Source of the DNA: Octopus sinensis
Taxonomy: Eukaryota
Length of the DNA stretch: 64,000 bases
Assembly (NCBI RefSeq): GCF_006345805.1
Contig: NC_043003.1
Coordinates: 14,942,001 to 15,006,000, forward strand
Direction: 5' to 3'
Shown here: in pieces, positions 50,765 through 62,879 of the stretch
Position numbering within the stretch: the stretch's first letter is position 1
Layout: each line of letters opens with the position of its first letter
The notes under the pieces: generated by a model
Seen by the model: the letters and a program-made list of their open reading frames with translations, nothing else
Told to the model about the DNA's origin: nothing
Database searches by the model: none
Position numbers and translations under genes: made by a program

Positions 50765-52229
50765 GATGATGAAGATGATGATGAAGATGAAGACAACAAT
50801 GATGACAACGATGACAACAATGTGATGATGACAATGACGATAACAATAATGATGACTGGGTATTGATTATTGATTAGCAGTGAATGTAGTGACGATAATG
50901 TTTGATTAACAATAGTAATCATAACAGTAGTTTTTGGCATTGGTGATGATGATGATGGCTATACATGTTGTTTACAAATGACTATAGCAACAATAACAGC
51001 ACCGGTTTTTGGTGGTGAAAGAAGAATGTTAAAACCAATCATGCTTAAACTCATGCTTGATTTAATCTACCGTCCAAGGTTAAATGTTAGCTGTTCTTCT
51101 CAACAAAAGGACCCCAAGTTTCTTTACAGTACGTGCATGATGATGGATAATTGTTTAATTGCAAGGCTAAGAATGTTCAGAGTGTAACCGTGACTTCACC
51201 AATTTTACATTGAATATTAGAAAAAATGATAAATAAATTTCACGTCTTAACAGTTGATTAAGCATGTCGATACACTTACAACTCGTAAAAGATATAACAA
51301 GTTACACTGAAGATCTTAATCTGGTCGAACAAACTGCTAGAAATGAGCATTCTTATCAACTTAAAAATTGCAATTGTCTTGAAAAAGAAGGACATCATTG
51401 ATAATGTTGTTCTAGATATATACAAAATGGTAGGATGGTCATGGCTGGAATGTTTTTAATCCTAAATCTAATTGATGAGAGAAGATTGGGTAATAATGAG
51501 GAATGATAATGAAGAGGGGAAAATAATGAAGTTCCTCATGTCACCTGGTGAAAAGGCCAAACAACAGAGTGATATACACACACACCCATACATATGTATA
51601 TAGAAATAATGACATACAGGTAACAGGTATAGTATTTAATGCTTTATAAAACATACACGTGTCTCAACAATATATCATAATAATTACATAACTTGTTGAA
51701 ATATTATATAATTTAGCAATTTACTTCTTCAGAGTTCCACAGTATATACAATATGTGGTATTGAAACTTTCTCTCTCTATATATATATTTGAATAAACAT
51801 TTTATTTTTTAGGCATGATTTTCTCAATTTTTTTCATGTTCCTTCAATCTCTCAAGCACTTTTTATTTTTCATTGAAAAACAAAAAATTGTTGAAACTGG
51901 TATGGTATTTTAATAAATTTGCCAAAATAACATTTAAAACTACAATTTGTTTAAAGCCTTAGATGCCTTTTCAACCCCAAAATTTGAGTCAGTTCAGTCA
52001 CCTGGCACTATGTTCTTTTTCTCAAGAAGTTCTAATTGCTACTTTTTACCTGTATTCATGGTTCTGGGTTCAGTCCCATTGCGTGGCACCTTGGGCAAGT
52101 GTCTTCTTCTATAGCCTCAGGCCAATCAAAGCCTTGTGAGTGGACTTGGTAGATGGTAACTGAAAGAAGCCCGTCGTATATATATATATATATATAATAA
52201 GGGTGATGACATATATATATATATATAGT

Positions 52230-52740
52230 AAGGGTGATGATGATGATGACAACAATGATGGTGATGATGAGGATGAGGATGAGGATAGTGAGGATGATGA
52301 TGATGATGATGATAATGATGGATGGTAATAGAGGTGATGATGGCAATGGTGATGATGAAAATGATGATGACAACAATGGTGATGCCAACGATGATGATGA
52401 CAATGCCGATGATGATGATGGTGATGGTGACGATGATGGTGGTGGTGGTGATAGATGTGGTCGTGGTGGTGGTGGTGAGGAGGAGGAGGAGGTTAGTTAC
52501 AATTGAGCTGATATTGGAAAAGTAGGAATATGGTAGTTTAGCAACGAAGGCACTGAGAATAACGGCAGTGATGACGACAACGATGATAATGACGATGACA
52601 ACGATGACAACAACGAGGACAACAACAACAACAACAACGATGACGACGGTGGTGGTGGCGGTTGTGGTGGTAAATAAGATGGCGACGGAGAGGACGAGGG
52701 AAAGAACGAAGATGACATTTCGAAGAAAGATGACTTCAGA
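52230..52740. repeat. (GAT/GGT/GAC/AAC)n trinucleotide mosaics
   Basis: Direct reading of the sequence. Confidence 0.9.
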
Positions 52741-53214
52741 GTTGACAAGATATGTTTTGATGGATACAACATGTCTATTTACATGGAAGATTCTGAATAA
52801 ACCATAAACAACGACATTGTTTTTCGCTTGTATAATAGATATTTGTAATTACGAATATAAATATTTTGCATCGAGACAATGTTTGTTTTTGTTTTTTTTT
52901 TGGTTTTTTGCAATATCAAGAAATTTTCTCACATATTTTTGATATTTCTAGTACAAAAACAAAAATAAGAATTAAAAAAAAAAAATTAAAATAACAAAGA
53001 AAAATACTTGTAACAACAAAATATCTCTGAATGTTCAAACAAATCTGAAATATTTTGATCATGCTAATATTCGAGAATTTGTAAACAAAGAGATTTTTTT
53101 TTTTTAGTCTGTGTGAAAGGTAGATTGTACGTAGCTCATTTAAGATGAGTCATAATGAAACACAGGTGTTAAATGCGGAGGACAGGTAGATGCTGGAGAC
53201 ACATCGGTTGAGAA

Positions 53215-53436
53215 AGGCGGCGAGCTGGCAGAAACGTTAGAACGCCGGACGAAATGCGTAGCCGTATTTCGTCTGCCGTAATGTTCTGAGTTCAAATTCC
53301 GCCGAGGTCGACTTTGCCTTTCATCCTTTCGGGGTCAATAAATTAAGAACCAGTTACGCACTGGGGTCGATGTAATCGACTTAATCTCCTTGTCTGTCCT
53401 CTCTGTGTTTAGCCCCTTGTGGGTAGTAAAGAAATA
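53215..53436 (+). mobile_element. SINE family 2 with TSD
   Basis: GGTTGAGAA at 53206-53214 and 53437-53445. Confidence 0.9.
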
Positions 53437-53590
53437 GGTTGAGAAGTGGGCTTTCTGAATGTGCAGTATAAACTTTCATGGAAACATATGAAAGTAGGGA
53501 ACATATGACTCGAAAGGGCCAGCGAGCATTAAAGACACCAGTTCTGTGGTAATGAAATGCAGTCAATTAAGGGCCCTTTGAATGTATAGT

Positions 53591-54212
53591 CATGGCTGTG
53601 TGATAAAAAGCCTTGCTTTCTGACCACATAGTTCTTGGTTCAGTCCCACTGCATGGCACTTTGGGCAGTTGTCTTCTTCCACAATAGTCTTGGGCCAACC
53701 AAAGACTTGTGAGTGGATTTGATAGGTGGAAACTGAGAGAAGCCCAGCATGGTTGTGTGGTAAGAAGTTTGCTTTCCAACCCTGTGATTCAGGGTTTAGT
53801 CCCACTGCATGGCACCTTGGGCAGTTCTTTTCTTCCACAATGGTCTTGGGCCAACCAAAGACTCATGAGTGGATTTGATAGATGGAAACTGAAAGAAGCC
53901 CAGCATGGTTGTATAGTAAGAAGTTTGCTTTCTAACCCTATGATTCAGGGTTCAGTCCCACTGCATGGCACCTTGGGCAGTTGTTTTTTTCCACAATAGT
54001 CTTGGGCAAACCAAAGACTTGTATGTGGATTTGATAGATGGAAACTGAGAGAAGCCCAGCATGGTTGCGTGGTAAAAAGTTTGCTTTCCAACCATATGAT
54101 TCAGGGTTCAGTCCCACTGTGTGGCACCTTGAGCAAGTTGTCTTCTACTATGGTCTCAGGCCAACTAAAGTTTTGTCAGTGGATTTGGTAGATGGAAACT
54201 AAAAGAACCCCA
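53591..54212 (+). repeat. Tandem array of four SINE-1 head/CORE units, period 156-157 bp
   Basis: Units start CATGG at 53591, 53748, 53904 and 54060. Confidence 0.9.
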
Positions 54213-55026
54213 TCATGAGTAACCTCCAAGATGGAAGAAAGAACAGGAAAAAGCCTCCTCCTAAATTAAGTAGGGAAATCTTTGAGAAGGAGGAGGGGGA
54301 TTTATGCCAGGTGTTGAGAGGCTAAGGTATGATAAAGGAATGATGCATAGGTGTGTTGCTATAGAGGAGATACATGGCTACCCTGCATCATATAAGGGTG
54401 GATGCGAGTAGCTGGGAAGGAGAGTAAAATTGTCGTGATGGGGTCACAGAGCATATCTGGCTATCTATTTGTCTATCTGTCTGTCTATCTGTCTCTCTGC
54501 CTGTTTGTCTATATCTATCTATCTCTCTCTATCAGGGACGTTCCATCCTTGTAGGCAAGGTGGGCAGTACCTACCCTGAATAAAATAGATCAATTGTAAT
54601 ACTTTCCTTTTATGGCAAAATATGCACCTAATTCAATAAAATTATGAAGGTTACTCTGATTACTATGCATAAAATGCAAAATATCTTATTATTTTGTAGA
54701 TTAAGTAGACATAATTCGTCCCTGCCTTTCAATCTCAGTATTAAATCTATGCATAATACTGCTGTAGTACACATGCTGCGTACATTCCTACAACAACGTT
54801 TTCTTTATGTGCTATAAAGGCAGAAGTAATTCTACCCACGAACTAGCAATCATGAGTGTAACAGTCTAACCACTAGGCCACACACCTACATTTATATTGC
54901 TTAGGTATTGTGATACTTATAACCCGATGCAGAACATGATATGCAAGGCTTCAGAATGAAACTAGAGCTGAGTATAGAGCAGTAATAAGAAAATCAGATG
55001 ACAAAGAAATAAATGGTTATCTTATG

Positions 55027-55206
55027 AACTTCAATAGCTTACAGCTGTTTCTGCTATCAGACGCAGTGGGTTCATAGTTGAGAGCTTGAGTACCACCTTA
55101 TAACTTCATCATTAGAGGCTCTGATGAAGCTATAAGGTGTTACTCAGGCACTCAACTATGAGTCCACTGTGTCTGATAGCAGAAACAACTGTTAGCTATT
55201 GAAGTT
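55027..55206. repeat. 180-bp inverted repeat (85-bp arms, 10-nt loop)
   Basis: Arms 55027-55111 and 55122-55206 are reverse complements with 9 mismatches by manual alignment. Confidence 0.92.
55117..55197 (+). ncRNA. Type I hammerhead-like motif in the right arm of a fold-back
   Basis: GGCU-CUGAUGA-A-GCUAU...AUAGC-A-GAAAC-AACU-GUU-AGCU. Confidence 0.5.
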
Positions 55207-55526
55207 GTGATCTCATTTTCTTATATATTATTGTGTGTGTGTGTTAGAAAGTCAATAAACTGTTGTGTGGAACAAAAGGACTTGACACTAGTTAATCTAC
55301 CCCAGTTGCACTGATGCTCGCTTGTCACTTTCACTATTACGGATGCAGTGAATCAATGATTGTCTCATTGGAAATCTATAACCAATAATGTTATTGTTTA
55401 TATAATGTATGTTTTAGGAAAACAAACTCATAAATAAAAAGACTAAATGTTAAATCAATGGTGATGATAGTAGTAAATTCCAGTAGAATATGTCTGCGAT
55501 TTGGTCTCTATATTTCTGTAGAAATA

Positions 55527-55680
55527 CGAGGGGGTGCTGAAAAGTTCCTAGCTTTTGGTAAAAGAAGATACAATAAGATCAATTAATTATGATTTTATTC
55601 AGTATATTCCCCTCTCAGATTCATACACTTAAAAGAACTCAGAAGGTTGGGGCTCCAGCCAAGCGTTTTGAGAAGCCCTT
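55527..55680. mobile_element. One end of the same mariner-type MITE family
   Basis: TACGAGGGGGTGCTGAAAAGTTCCTAGC followed by sequence reverse-complementary to 7640-7700. Confidence 0.65.
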
Positions 55681-55687
55681 ATATATA

Positions 55688-55718
<31 letters not shown>

Positions 55719-55727
55719 CTCTTAGTC

Positions 55728-55970
55728 TTTTACTCTTTTACTTGTTTCAGTTATTTGACTGCGGCCATGCTGGAGCGCCACCTTTAGTTGAACAAATCGA
55801 CCCCAGAACTTATTCTTTGTAAGCCTAGTACTTATTCTATCAATCTCTTTTGCCGAACTGCTAAGTTATGGGGATGTAAACACATCAGCATCGGTTGTCA
55901 AGCGATGTTGTGGGGACAAACACAGACACACAAACACACACATATATATACATATACATATATATGACGG
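55728..55970 (-). mobile_element. SINE family 1, 3' half
   Basis: Reverse complement of the family tail. Confidence 0.82.
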
Positions 55971-56039
55971 TAATGAAAGAGTTAAGGAGTGTCCAAAGTG
56001 AAAGTTGATATCGGTATACAGATTCATGATCGAAGGGTT

Positions 56040-56263
56040 AACCCAGTTTATACCAAACAACACAAGACTACCCCTGTTTCTAATACAAACTCTGTTTTAA
56101 ATTAAATTAAATTAAATTCTTGCATCAAAATTTCATGGTAATTTATGTTCCAGACATCAGGTTAATAATGAGAAAATTATTTTGCTTAACTCTTCCCCAT
56201 TTTCTAAATTAAAATAAAATAAGGGAATATGTGTCAACAGAAATATGGTAATGAAAGGGTTAA
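56040..56263. mobile_element. Diverged piggyBac-like MITE, opposite orientation
   Basis: Ends AATATGGTAATGAAAGGG|TTAA, reverse-complementary to the start of the 11533 unit; TTAA at both ends. Confidence 0.6.
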
Positions 56264-56586
56264 GCATCTTTAGAACTACTAATTCTCAGTTACACTTCAA
56301 ACCAGAGTTTTAGTTATCAGACATAAACTCTTTATGTAAACTTATTATACAGGTTGACATCAACTTATGACCTATCCAACTAATGACGTATCCGACTTAT
56401 GACCGAACGACTTTATGACGATTGGCCCGACAGCAATAATAAATAGTCCAGTTGAAATCTAATGGGTTTAATTTCTTAGAAATTGACCCATCTACAGATG
56501 ATGTCAGCTAACAAACACTTCCCCTAGGTTTGGTTATTGGTCACCACAATAATAATATGTGACTAGAAAGTTAAACTGGAGCTCTT

Positions 56587-56820
56587 AAAGGCGGCGAGCT
56601 GGCAGAAACGTTAGCACGCCGGGCAAAATGATTAGCAGTATTTCTTCTGCTGCTACGTTCTGAGTTCAAATTCCGCTGAGGTCGACTTTGCCTTTCATCC
56701 TTTCAGGGTTGATTAAATAAGTACCAGTTACACACTGGAGTTGATATAATCGACTTAATCCATTTGTCTGTCCTTGTTTATCCTCTCTGTGTTTATCCCC
56801 TTGTGGGTAGTAAAGAAATA
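56587..56820 (+). mobile_element. SINE family 2, full length
   Basis: Collinear with 53215-53436. Confidence 0.88.
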
Positions 56821-56937
56821 GGTTATTGGTCACCACTATGTTGGATGGACTATCCAGTCATGGAGACATCGAGGCAACCTCGTATTTGTTTATAAGACGA
56901 CTGCTTGAGACTCTGAAATTTTTCACTAATGCCAGTA

Positions 56938-57318
56938 TCTCTCTCTATATAAACGGCAGTTTGTCTGTGTGTGTTTCTGTGGTCTGTTAGGTTGTACCCT
57001 CACCCTGACCACGGCTTTCAACCAATCTGATGAACTTGACACACAATAGCCCAATGTCATAATTCAAAACTAACGCAGCGAAAATTTTGAAAAGTTCCCC
57101 CAGTTCTGAAAAAAAATCTATAAATTCGACATGGGGTCGAGAATCAGAAACACAAACCACAGACTGTCTAGGGGACGCAACTTCACCTTTTTAACTCTCA
57201 AAAATAAATTTACCATAATTTTTTTTCCATTTTTTGCTATTTTTTGGCTATAACTCTCTAAAAATGCTTTATAGTTATTTCCCTTACAAACCCGAGCAAC
57301 GCCGGGTGATACTGCCAG
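56938..57318 (+). mobile_element. Non-autonomous Helitron, second copy
   Basis: A|TCTCTCTCTATATAAA ... CCCGAGCAACGCCGGG...CCAG|T; collinear with 18915-19300. Confidence 0.8.
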
Positions 57319-57864
57319 TAATAGTATAATACAGAATGCTGTGTGTGACTTTTATCTGAGAATGTACCTTAAGAATATAAAAATATAAAACAAAGATATT
57401 TAGGGCTATAGGCCAACTTACAATCAAATCGACGTACAACCGGTCACTCGGAACCAATTATGGTCATAAGTCAACGATGACCTGTATATAGTTATTTATT
57501 TGTAATTTACCTATCTCGGAACATACCCTTCACAAATTCTGAAGTATATTATAGATTGTATATTTAATAAAATGTACACGCCTGAACAGCTCAAGAGCAG
57601 ATTATATACTCAATTAAGTCCAGTTAATGGCATACATTGCCTGAATATCATTCTGCTAGTATTCCTGTACCAAGATTGGTATTCATCTATATTTGTGGTG
57701 TAGCATTTTATTCCGACCTAACAAGGTACTCCAACTTGAAGTACCTTATTGAACTGAATCTCTTTATATATATTATATCCCATGCTCTATTTTCAAGCTG
57801 ATACTAGCCTATCACATGATTTGCTGAAGCTAGCCTAGATATTTTAATAGAATGTGTCATATAA

Positions 57865-58120
57865 TTATTTACATTATTTACATTCAACAGATATTTGTCC
57901 TCATCTTGTTTGTTGTTAACACAACATTTCGGCTGATATACCCTCCAGCCTTCATCAGGTGTCTTGAGGAAATTTTGATCCTGGGTTCTCATTCTTAAGG
58001 TATTTTTCGATGTTATTATTATTATCATTATTATTATTGTTCAGGTCACTGCTTGGAATCAAACTCAGAATCTTGGGGTTAGTAGCCTGCGCTCTTAACC
58101 ACTATGCCCAGAGGGCATGT
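57865..58120 (-). mobile_element. tRNA-head/(AAT)n/hammerhead-tail composite, copy B
   Basis: Minus strand: A-box-like GGCATAGTGG, B-box-like GAGTTTGATTCC, (AAT)n, then a tail with CTGATGA...GAAA. Confidence 0.8.
57918..57963 (-). ncRNA. Minimal type I hammerhead ribozyme motif
   Basis: GACAC-CUGAUGA-A-GGCUG(10 nt)CAGCC-GAAAU-GUU-GUGUU: stem I, core, stem II and loopless stem III. Confidence 0.6.
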
Positions 58121-58572
58121 CAAAAATTATCTGCACATATAACATATCTTTATTATTGTCACACTACCTTCTGTGCATGCATGCCTATTGTTGGTACGAT
58201 TGTGGCCACATGATCGAAATTTGAGCTTGATCACACTGCTTTTTTTTTTTGCTTTATAGTGTGAGCATGGCCACTCCACTAGCAATGTGCACCAAAGAAG
58301 AACAAAGTGTTAACAACAAACAAGATGAGGACAAATATCCGTCAATGTAAATAATATAAATAATGTAAATAATGTACATAATTCCTCATCTCTTAAATAT
58401 AGAACTGTATATTATTTAGTCTAACAAAGATATTAAGGGCTATAACTATAAAATTTTTCTACAGCAAGATTAAACATGGTTTAACCATATAAATATATTT
58501 CGAAATTTAAATATATTCTTTCCTTTATTGATCTATTCAGTTATAATTCTACATGATCGTTTGTCAGTTCAT

Positions 58573-59068
58573 GAATGTATGTATGTATGTATGTATGTAT
58601 GTATGTATGTATGTATGTATGTATGTATGTATGTATGTATGTATGTATGTATGTGTGTGTGTATGTATGTATGTATGTATGTAAGTATGTATGTGTGTGT
58701 GTATGTATATATGTATGTATGTATGTGTGTATGTATGTATATATGTATGCATGTGTATGTATGTATGTATGTATGTATGTATGTGTGTGTGTATGTATGT
58801 ATGTATGTATATATGTATGTATGTAAGTATGTATGTATGTCTGTATGTATATATGTATGTATGTATATATGTGTGTGTATGTATGTATGTATGCACGCAT
58901 GTATGTATGTATGTATATATGTATGTATGTAAGTATGTATGTCTATGTCTATATGTATTTATGTATATATGTATGTATGTATGCATGTGTGTATGTGTGT
59001 ATGTATGAATGTATGTATGTATGTATGTATGTATGTATGTATGTATGTATGTATGTATGTATGTATGT
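58573..59068. repeat. (ATGT)n tetranucleotide microsatellite
   Basis: Direct reading of the sequence. Confidence 0.95.
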
Positions 59069-59738
59069 TTCTTAGTGTATTTGTGAATTTAGTGAATATA
59101 TGGTGTATATAAAGGTGGTTGTATATACTCCTGAACATCAATAAATATAACACAAACTAAATTCTTGATTCAGAAAAAAAATGAAAAAAAGAAATAAAAT
59201 TAAAAATGCATTTTTGCTCAAATGAAATTATTTATTTAATTAAGAAATATATAAAAAAAATTATGAAAATTTATTCATAATTAAAATGTTTATTCATAAA
59301 CCAAAATTAATAATCAATGCTTCTGGCATTTTAATCCTTTATTTTTAAGATTTCTTTTAATCATAGTATCACCAATCTTATTCATTAGTGAGGTTTCTGG
59401 TTTGTTCCATTCTCCTCGAAATACGTAAATAAAATTTCTTCACTTTTTAAAAAGTTCTTCCTATTCATCTTTGACTTAATGATCTTCCAGTTTAGGAAAA
59501 ATGTCCAGATGGAAGAAAAAAAACAAAACAAAAACAAAAACAAGAGAACTCATGTGTTGGGTAGAATTGTCAAGAACATAACCACGTAGGTTTATCACCT
59601 GCCTGACAATACGGCAACTAGTTTAATACGACGACAAGAAACCTATAACGTTCAAAGATAGCATAGATTCCAATATAACCAGACGGCATTATGCAATCAC
59701 TGGAATTAAAGACATACACACATATACTTATGTATATG

Positions 59739-59810
<72 letters not shown>

Positions 59811-60684
59811 CACACACATATATATATGTATATACATATATATATGTATGTATATACATACATGTATATGTGCATATACATATATATGTATACACATGTA
59901 TGTGTGTGTATATATACATATATATATATACACATACATATATATATATATATGCATATATATATATATGTATATATATATATACACATACATATATATG
60001 TGTGTATATGTGTGTGTGTATACATATATTCATATATGTATATACACAATGAATATATACACACATTCACACACACACACACACACACACACTTACAAAA
60101 TACATTTGAAATGCCACACAATATTTAAATGCATCGAATAATCTGCTGCGTAAAGAAGGGAAGACAGTTATTTATTTATTTGTTTTTATTATTATTATTA
60201 TTTTTTTTTTTTTTTAGTTTTTTTTTTTTTTTGCGAAATTCCTTGCATCGAATAACATGTACTGTCTTTCTTATTGTAGATAATGATTTATCCAACTATC
60301 TGAATTCTACAAAAAAAAAAAAAAAAAAAAAAAAAAATTAAATAAATAAATAAATAAAAAAATAAAAAAAGATTCACAGACAATTATGTCACCACATCAA
60401 AATTATCTTAATGCTCATAGGCAAACTTTTCTGAATTTTTTTTTCATCATTTTAGCTCCTCAGACATCTATAATGACCATCAGTCGGACCTTATCGAATC
60501 GAAATAACTGACTGTCTCGCAGTTTCCTAGCTTTTAGCAATCATTTGTCACTGTTCATACAGATATCATCATCATTATCATCATCATCATCATCATCCTC
60601 ATCATCATTATTATTGTTTATTGTCGACTTTTCCATGCTTGCATGGGTTGGGCGGAATTTGTTGATATTGTGGGTTTTCACCTT

Positions 60685-61346
60685 CTGTCTGTCTGTCTGT
60701 CGGTCTCTCTCTCTCACTCCTCTGTCTGTCTGTCTCTCTCTCTCTCACACTCTGTCTGTCTGTCTCTCTCTCTCACCCCTCTGTCTGTCTGTCTCTCTCT
60801 CTCTCACACTCTCTGTCTGTCTGTCTCTCTCACCCCTCTGTCTGTCTGTCTCTCTCACCCTCTGTCTGTCTGTCTCTCTCATACCCTCTGTCTGTCTGTC
60901 TCTCTCTCTCTCACACTCTCTGTCTGTCTGTCTCTCTCACCCCTCTGTCTGTCTGTCTCTCTCTCTGTCTCTCTCTCTCTCACATTCTGTCTGTCTTTCT
61001 CTCTCTCCCCCCTGGGTGGCCTTACCTGTTACCAACAGTGACCGTTGGGGTGGAGTGGGGACATAAACAGACCAACACCGGTTGTTGTTGCTGTGTCCAA
61101 GTGTAAACTATGGTTATAGAAAAGGCAGTAAGCATATGGAATGGGGGAACTGGGTGTGGCCATTTGGACACTGAAAATATGACATAGCAGACTAGATAGT
61201 CAGCTGGTTTTTGCTGAGAGTATATTTCGGCACTGGAGGGAAACACACAGACACACATACCCACATGCACATACATGCACATACAGGATTATATACATTT
61301 GGACAGAGAGAGTGAGGAGGAGAGTGGTGAAGAGAAAAAAGACATT

Positions 61347-61379
<33 letters not shown>

Positions 61380-61418
61380 ACTAGATGCTCACAAACATAA
61401 ACAGAGAGGAGGGAGGAT

Positions 61419-61452
<34 letters not shown>

Positions 61453-61484
61453 GGGTGTGAGAGAGAGAAAGACAAACAGACAGA

Positions 61485-61523
<39 letters not shown>

Positions 61524-62205
61524 GGGTGTGAGAGAGAGACAGACTGACAGAAGGGGTGAGAGAGAGAAAGACAGACAGACAGAGGGGTGAGAGAGAGAGA
61601 CAGACTGACAGAGGGGTGAGAGAGACAGACTGACAGAGGGGTGAGAGGGACAGACAGACAGACAGGCAGGCAGACAGACAGACAGACAGGCAGAGGGGGT
61701 GAGAGAGAGACAGACAGATAGAGGAGTGAGAGAGAGAGAGAGAGAGAAAGAAAGAAACAGAGAAATAAAGAGACAAACAGAGGGGTGAGCAAGAGAGAGA
61801 GAGAAAGAGACAAGCAGACAGACAGAGGATGAGAGAGCGAGAGAGAGAGAGGAGAGAGAGAGGAGAGAGACAGACAGAGGGTGTGAGAGAGAGACAGACT
61901 GACAGAAGGGGTGAGAGAGAGAGAAAGACAGACAGACAGAGGGGTGAGAGAGAGAGACCGACTGACAGAGGGGTGAGAGAGACAGACTGACAGAGGGGTG
62001 AGAGGGACAGACAGACAGACAGGCAGGCAGACAGACAGACAGACAGGCAGAGGGGGTGAGAGAGAGACAGACAGATAGAGGAGTGAGAGAGAGAGAAAGA
62101 AAGAAACAGAGAAATAAAGAGACAAACAGAGGGGTGAGCAAGAGAGAGAGAGAAAGAGACAAGCAGACAGACAGAGGATGAGAGAGCGAGAGAGAGAGAG
62201 AGAAT
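60685..62205. repeat. Inverted pair of CT/TCTG minisatellites; right arm has a ~355-bp tandem duplication
   Basis: CCCTCTGTCTGTCTGTCTCTCTCTCA units (60685-61010) vs TGAGAGAGAGACAGACAGACAGAGGG units (61400-62205). Confidence 0.85.
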
Positions 62206-62879
62206 AATAAAGCATCAGCTGTTAAATAAATCAGCACCAAATCAGCAATGCCAAATAGACGATGCCAAAATGGCTGCACCAAAATGTCTCATAGTCATAA
62301 GAGCACTTCCCTAGAAGAAATTGATGGCTTTTGTTGGTAGGTCAGCTGCGGAGGTGACTATTTTGAAGGCATAATAACGAATATAGGATCAAGCTGAAAA
62401 GCACTCAGAAAGCCATTACAATGCATAGCACTCCCTTTTTGTCCTTGGATAGTATAACTTATTTCCTATTTGTTTACCCCTAAAAAGTATAAAGAATGGC
62501 TTTTATTTCCTTCAAACTTTGCTTTTATTACATTTATTCAAACCCTAAAGAATCCCTTTTAATACATGACTATGACGTGCATCCATTACTCCTGGTCCTG
62601 ATCCGAGATGCACATATTGTCAGCCACTGAGAGACATGCTCAAATGCTTAAGGTCAAGCAATTGATTAGCAAATCTGTGTTATTCCACAGAATATTTACC
62701 ATAAGGGTTTTTTCTGCTTCAGCAACTCAGCACTGAATCTGTCTGAAATGCAGTGCTAAATTAACCATTAAGTAAAGTAAGTACGTGCTTAGGGCATCAA
62801 GGGAAAGAGGAGCACCACAGAAATGGTAAATGGTTTACAGCACAAAAGAAATCACTTCAAACTTGCTAAAATAATATTC

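Larger units (their letters stand above)
56350..57484. mobile_element. Old Tigger/pogo-like element interrupted by a SINE and a Helitron
   Basis: TA|CAGGTTGACATCAACTTATGACC ... GGTCATAAGTCAACGATGACCTG|TA (17/23 TIR match). Confidence 0.55.

Noticed and set aside
54533-54724. hAT-like MITE with CAGGGACG termini
   Set aside because: Only an 8-bp IR, and the flanks show no 8-bp TSD.
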